Assembly (NCBI GenBank): GCA_934757845.1
Contig: CAKVLQ010000001.1
Coordinates: 72,398 to 136,397 of the forward strand
Source: an uncultured Clostridia bacterium
Lineage (GTDB): Bacteria; Bacillota; Clostridia; Christensenellales; UBA1242
Length of the DNA stretch: 64,000 bases
Direction of reading: 5' to 3'
Made by a program: the position numbers and the translations under genes. The notes beneath the pieces were generated by a model. That model ran no database searches. It had not been told where the DNA came from and worked only from the letters and a program-made list of their open reading frames with translations. Below, piece after piece: positions 1 through 8,119 of this stretch; positions within the stretch are counted from its first letter, which is position 1, and the number at the start of each line of letters is the position of its first letter.

Positions 1-810
1 GAAGGAAATTACAAATTAAATAGTCCGCTTGAAATTCAAAATTCTAATATAGTTATAGGTGGCGAAGGAAAAGACAAAACTATTATTGATTCATTTGTTA
101 TTTTGGGTGGTTATTTAGATGCGGGAAGCATAAATTATTCAGGGACTATTGAAAATATCTCTTTTATTTCGGTTGGGTTTGAAACAAGAAACAGCACTGA
201 AAATAACATTATTAAGTTTGAAAATGAAAACCTTAATCAAGATTTTGCTTGCATAAATGCAAAAGATATTTCAAACTTAAATGTTTTATCTTGTGGTTTT
301 AAAGGCTATTCTTTGGCAATTAAAGCACAAAATTTGCAGAATGCTTTTATTTCTTCTAACACGATGAATTCGCTTTTGATTGGAGGAATTGAAACCACAA
401 ACAGTACTCAAAATGTTAGCATAAGCAAAAATATTATCAATATGATTGGAACAAATGTTGTTAATGTTTCAAAACAATCCTATCAAGACTATATTTTTGG
501 AATAAAACTTGCTCTTAACAGTGAAGATAATTTGGGAATATCAATTTATAAAAATTCTATTAGCAAAATTGCGGGAAAAACGGGCAGTTTAAAATATTTT
601 AATGAAAAAATTGAAGGCGATTTGAATGGCTTAAATTATATGAATAAAAGCGGTGCTATAATAATTTATAGCACTCTAAAAAACAATTTGCAAACCAAAG
701 GAGTTTCAATTTTCTTTAATTCGATTGGTGCAACTTTAAATAATATTTTGTATAACACAACAACTTCCAACAGAGTTAATTCAAGCAGTGTTATGTATAT
801 GTCTCTTTAA
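1..810 (+). CDS. Right-handed parallel beta-helix repeat protein, C-terminal part (5' end lies outside the window)
   Basis: Frame 1 is open from base 1, upstream of the listed ORF start at 103. The translation shows repetitive ~22-25 aa segments rich in N/I/G/S (NISFISVGF, NLNVLSCGF, NVSISKNIINMIG, ISIYKNSISKIAG) typical of pectate-lyase-like beta-helices. Confidence 0.5.
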   Translation, partial: EGNYKLNSPLEIQNSNIVIGGEGKDKTIIDSFVILGGYLDAGSINYSGTIENISFISVGFETRNSTENNIIKFENENLNQDFACINAKDISNLNVLSCGFKGYSLAIKAQNLQNAFISSNTMNSLLIGGIETTNSTQNVSISKNIINMIGTNVVNVSKQSYQDYIFGIKLALNSEDNLGISIYKNSISKIAGKTGSLKYFNEKIEGDLNGLNYMNKSGAIIIYSTLKNNLQTKGVSIFFNSIGATLNNILYNTTTSNRVNSSSVMYMSL

Positions 811-1310
811 CAAGCTTCAATTTTGCCACAAGCAATTTTTGTGCCACTATTTCCGCTTGGGTCGGTTCTAAAATCATCAGCAAGTTCATGAATCATAACT
901 GTTCTTCCAATAATGTCTTGAGCTTTAAATCGATTTGTTAGCACCACCATAAATGCTTTTCCATTGTTTGATAACAATACTGGAAGGTCGCCCGCATGAT
1001 TTGGGTGAGAATAAGATTGTGGATTATAGTGTGGTGTGTCGGCAAAATTACCATTTTCGTCTTGTCTGCAACTGTCACCGCTGTGAATATGCATTGCAAA
1101 AAAGTTTCCAGTTGCATTTGCTGGAAGATTATCAATTTCGGTTAAAACTAAAACTCCGTTACTTGTTTGAAAGAACTCAACTTTTCCGTTTATGCTTGCA
1201 TTTGCTGCGTTGCCGGAAATTTTTGCCACGGCAGATGGAAAGTGGTTTTGAATATAATTTAGATAACTATTAAATGAAAGTGTTTTTTTTGCACCAAATA
1301 TTTTTAACAT
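807..1310 (-). CDS. sodC: Cu/Zn superoxide dismutase family protein
   Basis: Metal-ligand motifs are present: FAMHIHSGDSC, PHYNP, SHPNHAGDLP, VMIHELADDF, GTKIACG. I chose the internal ATG at 1310 (MLKIFG...) because AGGAG lies 7 nt upstream. The long N-terminal extension in the ORF track overlaps the divergent promoter region. Confidence 0.8.
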   Translation of the reverse strand: MLKIFGAKKTLSFNSYLNYIQNHFPSAVAKISGNAANASINGKVEFFQTSNGVLVLTEIDNLPANATGNFFAMHIHSGDSCRQDENGNFADTPHYNPQSYSHPNHAGDLPVLLSNNGKAFMVVLTNRFKAQDIIGRTVMIHELADDFRTDPSGNSGTKIACGKIEAC

Positions 1311-1407
1311 ATAGACTCCTAAAATCAAAAATTTATAACATTTTATATGTTTTTTTGTTAAAAAATGTTTAAAGTCTTTACAAATTTTGTATTTTTTTGT
1401 AAAATAG

Positions 1408-2352
1408 TTGAATATGAAAAAGAATACTAAACTTCTTGTGTCTATAATTTCATCGTTAATATTTGTTATATTAGCATTCATTCCAATTTATTTTGTATGC
1501 TTTAAAAATAAAGAAACAGTTGTTGAAGATTTAATTTTGACAAGAAATAATTTAACATTAAATGTTGGCGACAAAGTTGAATTGAAAAATTTTTATAATT
1601 TAAAACCACTTGGCGCTAAAACTAATGTTTTGTGTTTAATTGAAAATTCAAATTTCGCAACAATAAGTGGTGATAATGTGTTAACAGCAAAAGGCGTTGG
1701 AAACACAAAAATATATTTTCGTGTAAGTGCGGGCGATGAGTTTATTGAAAAGAACATTGATTTGTCGGTTAATCAAAAACTTTCAATTCCAAGTTCAATT
1801 TCTTTTGAGTTTGATAGTGTTACTCTTGACATTTTTGAAACAAAAACAAACAAGTTAACAACCAGTCAAACAAATTGTGAAGCATCTATTACTTATTCTT
1901 CGCCAAATGTTTGCGAATATAACCATAAAACTGGTGTGATAACTCCAATAGGTGTTGGCTCAACCATTGTTACAATTAAGTTTTCCGACAAAGAAAATGA
2001 AATTTCAAAAAGTTTTGAAGTTTGCGTTGTGAAAAATATTACAAAAGAAATTGTGATAGAAAACTTGTCAAAAGAAAGCGATTTTTATGAATGTAGTGTT
2101 GAAGTGGGCAGAAGCAAAACTTTAAATTTGAATTATTATGAAGACGGCAATGTCGTTGATGCTTATGATTTTGAATATAAACTTTTAGATGAAAATTTGT
2201 TAGAAATTAATGCTACAAATTTAATCACAACTCCAACACTTGGTGCAAATAAACTTCAATTCAAAGCAAAAGCCACGGGCGAAATCTTTATTAAGATTTT
2301 TGTTAATAATTCTGTTAAAACTGAAATTATTTTGAAAGTAAAGGTGATATAA
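1408..2352 (+). CDS. Membrane-anchored protein with bacterial Ig-like (Big_2-type) domains
   Basis: N-terminal TM segment (LLVSIISSLIFVILAFIPIYFV). Repeated motifs LTLNVGDKVELK...TAKGVGNTKIYFRV and ITPIGVGSTIVTIKF are typical of Big_2. Confidence 0.6.
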   Translation: MNMKKNTKLLVSIISSLIFVILAFIPIYFVCFKNKETVVEDLILTRNNLTLNVGDKVELKNFYNLKPLGAKTNVLCLIENSNFATISGDNVLTAKGVGNTKIYFRVSAGDEFIEKNIDLSVNQKLSIPSSISFEFDSVTLDIFETKTNKLTTSQTNCEASITYSSPNVCEYNHKTGVITPIGVGSTIVTIKFSDKENEISKSFEVCVVKNITKEIVIENLSKESDFYECSVEVGRSKTLNLNYYEDGNVVDAYDFEYKLLDENLLEINATNLITTPTLGANKLQFKAKATGEIFIKIFVNNSVKTEIILKVKVI

Positions 2353-2693
2353 TGAACGATTGTATTTTTTGTAAAATAATAAAAGGCGAAATTAAAAGTG
2401 ATATTTTGTTTGAAACCGAAAATTTTGTTATTATAAATGATATTTCTCACATGGCAAAAAAACATTATTTAATTATTCCAAAAACTCATTTTGCCTATCT
2501 TAACCAAGTTGACAAACCAAAAGCCGAAATTTTAAGTGAAATTATGCTAAAAATGAAAGATATAGAAAAAGCATTGGGGCTTGAAGACGGTTATAGACTT
2601 GTTATTAACCAGCGAGAAATTGCAGGTCAAACAGTAAATCATTTGCATATCCACATTTTGGGTGGGGAAAAACTTGGTGATAAGTTTAATTAA
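2352..2693 (+). CDS. HIT (histidine triad) family protein
   Basis: CIFCKII N-terminus and the histidine triad HLHIHILGG. The start overlaps the upstream stop (ATAATG). Confidence 0.85.
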   Translation: MNDCIFCKIIKGEIKSDILFETENFVIINDISHMAKKHYLIIPKTHFAYLNQVDKPKAEILSEIMLKMKDIEKALGLEDGYRLVINQREIAGQTVNHLHIHILGGEKLGDKFN

Positions 2694-2790
2694 AATTAAC
2701 TTAGCAAAAAAATTTTGACATAAAAGTTATCAAACAAAAATTATTAAAAACAATAATTTTGCAAATATAATAAAATTTTTGTTTAAATCA

Positions 2791-2819
2791 TTGACTTTAA
2801 AAAAAATATGTGATATTAT
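2791..2819 (+). promoter_or_regulatory. Sigma-A type promoter for tRNA-Gly
   Basis: TTGACT (2791-2796), 17 nt spacer, TATTAT (2814-2819) preceded by TGA (TGn extended -10). It ends about 15 nt before the tRNA. Confidence 0.5.
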
Positions 2820-2834
2820 TTTAAAGTTAATTAT

Positions 2835-2908
<74 letters not shown>

Positions 2909-2920
2909 AAAAACACAAAG

Positions 2921-2946
2921 AAAAGCCTTATAAGGGCTTTTTTTAT
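2921..2946 (+). terminator. Rho-independent terminator after tRNA-Gly
   Basis: AAAAGCCTTATAAGGGCTTTT hairpin followed by a T-run. Confidence 0.7.
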
Positions 2947-3069
2947 AGTAAAATTGAACATCTTTGGAAATCGAACCATGGTTCGGTCCTGTCGGACCCA
3001 GACCGCAACAAGTTGCTCCCGGCTTTGGCTAAAAAAGCACATTTTGGTGCTTTTTCTTAACGCGTCGCC

Positions 3070-3088
3070 CCCATCACTCGCTCCAAAA
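3070..3088 (+). repeat. 19-bp exact duplicate of the tRNA-Gly 3' end (direct repeat of 2893-2911)
   Basis: CCCATCACTCGCTCCAAAA occurs at 2893-2911 (inside and just after the tRNA) and again at 3070-3088. Confidence 0.85.
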
Positions 3089-3278
3089 TACAATATGTTG
3101 TGGTGCAAAATCAATTAAAACACAATATCTAGTGTTAATTTAGGGTTTCCAGAGCGGAAATCTTTTTTTTATAATTTTTTTGTGTATACCTTTGTGTATA
3201 CTAATATAAATGATTTAAAAGTCTTTTTTGAAAGACTTTTTTTTATAAAATAAATTGTCAAATGTTTTTAAAAGGGTA

Positions 3279-3307
3279 TTGACAAAGTGGTTTTTTGTTG
3301 GTAAAAT
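3279..3307 (+). promoter_or_regulatory. Sigma-A type promoter placed for a leaderless MORN-gene transcript
   Basis: TTGACA (3279-3284), 17 nt, TAAAAT (3302-3307), then only 6 nt before ATG 3314. No Shine-Dalgarno. Confidence 0.5.
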
Positions 3308-3313
3308 TTTTGT

Positions 3314-3991
3314 ATGAAAAAAATATCAATAGATTTTGTTTCACCAAAATCACAAGAATCAGAAATTTATAAATTTTTAACAGGCAAACTTTCAAGCGAA
3401 ATTTGTTCGTTTGATGGCTTTGTAAATGACAATGGTTTGCCACAAGGCTCGTGTGCTATTGGGCTTGGAAAAACAAAAAATGGCTTTTTGATGTTTAATT
3501 TAAGTTTTAATGACGGCAAACTTAATGGGTATGGCTCACTTTTAGAACTGGCCGATGACGATACATCAAATGAAATTGCAGGCTACAATTTTTTAACCGA
3601 AAATTATGGCGAAATATACTTTCCAAATGGGAATGTCTATGAGGGCGAAATTGTAGGTGCAAGGCAAGAAGGCAAAGGAAAAATTACTGAACCAAATGGT
3701 GATTTTTCGATTGGATTTTATCAAAACGGAAAACGACATGGCTTGATGCTTCATTATGACAAAGACAGCAATTTGGTTTATAAAAGTGTTTATTATGATG
3801 GACAATTAATTATTTCTTCTGATGATGATAATGAGATTTTGAGTAGTTTGAAGAAATATGATTTTAATTATTCCGAAGTTTTAAATTCTTTAACAAAATT
3901 AAAAAAGCAAAATAAAGAAGATAACCTAAAAAACATAAAAAATGGGCTTAAAAACATTGAAAAAAACATGATTGGTCAAAAAAAGTTTTAA
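3314..3991 (+). CDS. MORN-repeat protein; probably the N-terminal part of a MORN-AAA+ fusion gene (see findings)
   Basis: YxGxxxxGxxxGxG-type MORN repeats (YGEIYFPNGNVYEGEIVGARQEGKGKITEPNGDFSIGFYQNGKRHG). The C-terminus ends ...LKNIEKNMIGQKKF*, which resembles the start of a Clp D2 module. Confidence 0.7.
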   Translation: MKKISIDFVSPKSQESEIYKFLTGKLSSEICSFDGFVNDNGLPQGSCAIGLGKTKNGFLMFNLSFNDGKLNGYGSLLELADDDTSNEIAGYNFLTENYGEIYFPNGNVYEGEIVGARQEGKGKITEPNGDFSIGFYQNGKRHGLMLHYDKDSNLVYKSVYYDGQLIISSDDDNEILSSLKKYDFNYSEVLNSLTKLKKQNKEDNLKNIKNGLKNIEKNMIGQKKF

Positions 3992-4023
3992 AGGTTGTTA
4001 ACAATCATCTTTTATTATCGCTT

Positions 4024-4872
4024 TTGTGCGCAAGAAAAGAAGACAAGCCAATCACTTCAATGGTTTTCACTGGTCCAACTGGTGTTGGAAAAACTGAACT
4101 TGCAAAACAAATTTCAATAAACTTATTTAATAAAAAACCTTTCACTGTTGATTTTGCAAATTTCCATGATGATTTTATGCTTTCAAGTTTAATAGGCTCT
4201 CCTGATGGATATGTTGGAAGTGATAAAGAACCTGAATTTTTAAAATATATTCGTGAAAATTCCGAAACCGGTGGAGTGCTATTATTTGAAGAAATTGATA
4301 AATGCGACCCAGATTGCTTGAATTTCTTTATGCGAATTCTTGACGAAGGTGAAGTTCTTGATTCGCACAATGTTGCTTATTCGGTTAAAAACTTTATTAT
4401 TGTTGCTACAACAAATTTCAGTGCAAACACAACACGAAAACTTGGTTTTTCTGGTGCTGATGACGATGTTAAAATGCAACTTGCAAAAACCGAAACCACA
4501 GGCATGAAACGAGAACAACTTGCTAGGTTTGGTCTTGTTATTGAATTTGAAAACTTTAACAAAGAAGAAAAACGAGAATTAACCTTGATGGCTTTAAATA
4601 AAGCGGTTGAAAGAATAAAAACTATTGACGGATTTAATTTTAAAATTAAATTTTCTGAAAATTTTATTGATGAACTAACTGATAAAATAAATGCTACATT
4701 TGGTGTTCGTGATATTCAAGCAAGGGCATCTAACACAATTAACGATAAACTTGCTGAATTTATTAGGCATCATGATTGCAAAAATATTTCGGTTAAATTT
4801 AATTCGCTTGATGATGTTATAATTAAAGAAATTAAAGCAAAAAAAATAGACGCTAACGAAAAAACACGATAA
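4024..4872 (+). CDS. Clp/Hsp100 D2-like AAA+ ATPase module; likely continuous with 3314-3991 through a -1 frame change
   Basis: Walker A GPTGVGKTELAK, Walker B LLFEEIDK, sensor-1 IIVATTN, sensor-2-like GVRDIQ. The only in-frame start upstream of the Walker A is TTG 4024. The frame is open back to 3961. Confidence 0.75.
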   Translation: MCARKEDKPITSMVFTGPTGVGKTELAKQISINLFNKKPFTVDFANFHDDFMLSSLIGSPDGYVGSDKEPEFLKYIRENSETGGVLLFEEIDKCDPDCLNFFMRILDEGEVLDSHNVAYSVKNFIIVATTNFSANTTRKLGFSGADDDVKMQLAKTETTGMKREQLARFGLVIEFENFNKEEKRELTLMALNKAVERIKTIDGFNFKIKFSENFIDELTDKINATFGVRDIQARASNTINDKLAEFIRHHDCKNISVKFNSLDDVIIKEIKAKKIDANEKTR

Positions 4873-4905
4873 TACAATATATAGTTTTTAAAGGAGGAGT
4901 TTGTT

Positions 4906-5034
4906 ATGAGTTATAATCTAGACGATATTAAGCCAATTATTGTAAGCATTGATGAACTTGTTGGAACAGAAGATGAATCTTATGACCCTTGGGACGAAAT
5001 TATTGACAAAATTGATAACGGCGAAGAACTTTAA
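4906..5034 (+). CDS. 42-aa highly acidic small protein (below the ORF-track cutoff)
   Basis: AAGGAGGAG lies 6 nt upstream of ATG 4906. Translation: MSYNLDDIKPIIVSIDELVGTEDESYDPWDEIIDKIDNGEEL*. A strong terminator follows immediately. Confidence 0.5.
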   Translation: MSYNLDDIKPIIVSIDELVGTEDESYDPWDEIIDKIDNGEEL

Positions 5035-5035
5035 T

Positions 5036-5062
5036 AAAAAACCACCATTTTGGTGGTTTTTT
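5036..5062 (+). terminator. Rho-independent terminator
   Basis: ACCACCA-TTT-TGGTGGT stem-loop flanked by an A-run and a T-run. Confidence 0.8.
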
Positions 5063-5137
5063 ATTGCAAAATGACTTAATATTAAATTTAATTTTTGCGA
5101 GCATAAAACTTTTATATAATTTTTTATGATTTAACAT

Positions 5138-6169
5138 TTAAGCACGCTGTGCATAATCATAAATTTTTGTGGTGTCTATAATTGGCAAAAGTTGCTTTCG
5201 ATATTTAAGCATTGTTCCACCGTCTAAAACATGGCGTTTAAGATAAAGCATATCACCAACAAACCATTCTTGTTTGCTTGTTCCAACACACAAAAAGATA
5301 GAAAATCCAGCAGATTTTAAAATATTTAGTTTTGCTTCATTTGTTGTAAATTTTCCACAAGGATAACTTAAAATGTTGGTTTCGCCAATGATTGGTATTA
5401 TTTCGTTTGAATATCTATCAGTATCTTTTTTCAAAGTGTTTATATCAACATTTCCAACTTGAATGTGTCCAAAAGTGTGGCTTGCAAACCTATAACCAAG
5501 ATTTTTTAGTTTTTCAACAAGTGGTTTTACTTTTTCAATTTCTGATTTATAGTTTGGATTATCATGATTAATTCTATAACCCAAAATTCCATTATAACCA
5601 GTTGGGCAAATTATTCCTCTTGCTCCATTAAAACTAAATTCTGGGTGAATAGTCAAAAAGTTTTCAAGAATAGGTATTGCTTCTTTGTTATATTCAATTT
5701 GAATTTCATTGTTTTGGGTAAAAGTTGCTATATTTCCGCTTTTATCCAAAATCAATTTATCACTCATACCTTTGTTTTTGGTGTCGAAACTCATGTCGTC
5801 AAAACTTAAAATAAATGGCTTTTTGCCTTTTGGAAGATATAAATCTTTTTTATAAACTTTTCCGTCAATAGTTTTGTAACAATCATAAATATCAACCAAA
5901 ACATAATTATTGTTATACATCTCGGTTAAAAATCTTTCAAATTCAGTGTAGGTTACGCAATCTCGATAAAAATTGAAACGATATTTGTTTTGTGCATTAA
6001 ATGCTAGGTCTGGGCGGTTGATAATTTGATGCGTAAAAAAATTTTCAATGTTGCCTTCAAACTTATAAAAATTAAAATCGCTTAATGGCAAATCGGTTTT
6101 TTTTGAAAACCCACTCAAAATGCAAAAAAATGTTAAAAAAAATAATAAAATTACTACGTTTTTTTTCAT
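5138..6169 (-). CDS. Polysaccharide deacetylase (NodB homology) family protein with N-terminal signal/anchor
   Basis: FILSFDDMSFD and ASHTFGH motifs. Hydrophobic N-terminus VVILLFFLTFFCILSGF. Confidence 0.75.
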   Translation of the reverse strand: MKKNVVILLFFLTFFCILSGFSKKTDLPLSDFNFYKFEGNIENFFTHQIINRPDLAFNAQNKYRFNFYRDCVTYTEFERFLTEMYNNNYVLVDIYDCYKTIDGKVYKKDLYLPKGKKPFILSFDDMSFDTKNKGMSDKLILDKSGNIATFTQNNEIQIEYNKEAIPILENFLTIHPEFSFNGARGIICPTGYNGILGYRINHDNPNYKSEIEKVKPLVEKLKNLGYRFASHTFGHIQVGNVDINTLKKDTDRYSNEIIPIIGETNILSYPCGKFTTNEAKLNILKSAGFSIFLCVGTSKQEWFVGDMLYLKRHVLDGGTMLKYRKQLLPIIDTTKIYDYAQRA

Positions 6170-6254
6170 AATTTTATTATTTCTTATTATTAATTATTTA
6201 TGTATTATTTTAGTTTAAAAACTATTTTTACAATTAAAAATTGAAATAGAATTT

Positions 6255-7103
6255 TTATTTTAAATTATCAAAATATTCTTCAATATTAAAATAACTAATT
6301 TCAAATGTTTTTCCATTCAAATATTGAAGACAATTCTCAAAGCCATTCAAACAAAGTTTATAACACATCAAAATTTGATTTTTTAAATTAAACTTTTTGT
6401 TTGTTTTAAAATCACCATATTTTTCATCTCCCAAAACGGGGAGATTGTGAAACGCAAGGTGAGCCCTTATTTGGTGCGTCCTTCCAGTTAGCAAATTAAC
6501 GGATAAAAGACAAAATCCGTTATGTTTTTTTAGGCACTTAATTTGAGTTTTGACAATTTTTGAACCATGCATTTGATTTGGATAGATTTTTACAATATTT
6601 TCATTTTTTACAAGATAGTCTTCAAAAGTCATTTCGTCTTTTGTTGGATAGTTTTTGCAAATGGTTATATAGGTTTTTTGAATTTTGGAGTTTTTAAAAC
6701 TATTGTCAAGTTCGGTTTTTGCCTGCAAATTTTTTGCCAAAACAACCAAACCTTCGGTGTTAAAATCAATTCGGTGAACAGCAAAATAATTTGGGTTTAT
6801 TAAATTTATTAAACTTATATTTTTTGTTTGGCTTATAACTTCAAGTTTTTTGGGTTTGAAAACAATAATAATATTTTCGTCTTCAAAAATAGTTTTAATA
6901 TTAAAAAAATAATCGTTTTTGCAATAAATTTCAATTTTATCGTTAATATCAAGTTCAAAGTTGTTATCAACTCTTTTTCCGTTAACTTTTATATCTTTTT
7001 TTCGAAATAAGGCTTGAATTTTGTTAAATCCAAGCCCTTCAAAGTTAGTTAAATATTTTTCTATATTTTGTTTTTTCTTTGAATAAATTGTTATCATTAC
7101 CAA
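6255..7103 (-). CDS. RluA-family 23S rRNA/tRNA pseudouridine synthase with S4-like N-terminal domain
   Basis: HRIDFNTEGLVVLAKN (catalytic Asp motif) and GRTHQIRAHLAFHNLPVLGDEKYG. Confidence 0.85.
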   Translation of the reverse strand: MVMITIYSKKKQNIEKYLTNFEGLGFNKIQALFRKKDIKVNGKRVDNNFELDINDKIEIYCKNDYFFNIKTIFEDENIIIVFKPKKLEVISQTKNISLINLINPNYFAVHRIDFNTEGLVVLAKNLQAKTELDNSFKNSKIQKTYITICKNYPTKDEMTFEDYLVKNENIVKIYPNQMHGSKIVKTQIKCLKKHNGFCLLSVNLLTGRTHQIRAHLAFHNLPVLGDEKYGDFKTNKKFNLKNQILMCYKLCLNGFENCLQYLNGKTFEISYFNIEEYFDNLK

Positions 7104-8086
7104 CCTTCTGGTGCAAAAGTAATTTCTTTGTCAATTCCGCTTATTGCATAAGTGAATGAATAGTTTGCTGGGGCAGTTAAAGAAACTGTGCCAGTAACAT
7201 CAATTTCCGCCGTGTCATTGCTTCTTAACCCAAACAAATTGCCTTGGGCATCAATCATTGCAGTTAGTGTGCATTTTGAATATCTTGGAACGCCAAAATT
7301 GAAAGTTGTTATTCTAAATGATGTTGCTTTTGCAAAGTTTATAGGTGCTTTTTGTGGGTCAAGTTCGGCTTGAACATAATAATATTTTGGTTTGCCGTTT
7401 TTATATTTAATTTCAAAATAAGAAATTTCTTTTATGGTTTCTTCATTAACAATCAAAAGATTGTTTGCAACCAAATTTTTTTCTTCGCCAGGAGTTTCAA
7501 TGTTGCCATATTCATAGCCAGTTAGTTTGCCACTTTCGTTCTTAACACGCAAGGTTTCACGATGTTTGATTTCGTTGTTTCTTAAAAAAATTTGTTCGCC
7601 ATATTGAACTTCTTTTTCCATCATGTCTTGCATAGAAGAAGCGTCAAGATATTTCACCAAAAGTTCGTTATAAACTTTTGAAGTGTTTTCATATCTAACG
7701 GCGGTGTCTTGAAAACTTATTTTAATGTTAATTCCCATTGCAACGGTGGTTATTGTGCCACTTGCTGAAATATAAAAACTATTAGCATTATAAAATTTAT
7801 CATAAGCAGTTAAAAGTGCAGTTTTGCCATCACTAAAAATAGGTTCAACTGGGTCGTCTTCTGCAGGAGTGTCATCTTTTCGAAATAAGTTTGAATTTTC
7901 AACCTGTTTGTTTAGTGCATTAATTCGGTCAAGAGTTTCATTCAAATACCTTTCTTGTTGCCTAGAATCCATTACGCTTGCAGTTGCAAACAAAAGTGCA
8001 AACAAAAAGTATATTCCACAAAACACATAGCAGAATATGTCAATAAACTTTTTGCTTTTTAAAAATTTCATCAAATTAAATCTCAT
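7097..8086 (-). CDS. Membrane-anchored hypothetical protein (single N-terminal TM, extracytoplasmic domain)
   Basis: TM segment IDIFCYVFCGIYFLFALLFATASV. Its stop overlaps the start of the downstream pseudouridine synthase gene (translational coupling). I recognise no family. Confidence 0.5.
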   Translation of the reverse strand: MRFNLMKFLKSKKFIDIFCYVFCGIYFLFALLFATASVMDSRQQERYLNETLDRINALNKQVENSNLFRKDDTPAEDDPVEPIFSDGKTALLTAYDKFYNANSFYISASGTITTVAMGINIKISFQDTAVRYENTSKVYNELLVKYLDASSMQDMMEKEVQYGEQIFLRNNEIKHRETLRVKNESGKLTGYEYGNIETPGEEKNLVANNLLIVNEETIKEISYFEIKYKNGKPKYYYVQAELDPQKAPINFAKATSFRITTFNFGVPRYSKCTLTAMIDAQGNLFGLRSNDTAEIDVTGTVSLTAPANYSFTYAISGIDKEITFAPEGW

Positions 8087-8119
8087 ACTTTAAAATTCTA
8101 CCAAATATTATATTTTTTG

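Noticed and set aside
807-1481. Full 224-aa version of the SodC ORF
   Set aside because: The upstream 57 codons overlap the start of the divergent Big_2 gene and its promoter region. An AGGAG-led ATG at 1310 gives a normal-length SOD.
2955-3030. GC-rich hairpin segment as SRP (4.5S) RNA, RNase P RNA or a reverse-strand tRNA
   Set aside because: It lacks the conserved SRP domain IV motif (GGAA tetraloop with flanking AGCAGC-type loops). It lacks the RNase P GAGGAAAGTCC motif. The GGTTCGATTTCC-like string on the minus strand is not flanked by pairing T-stem or acceptor sequences.
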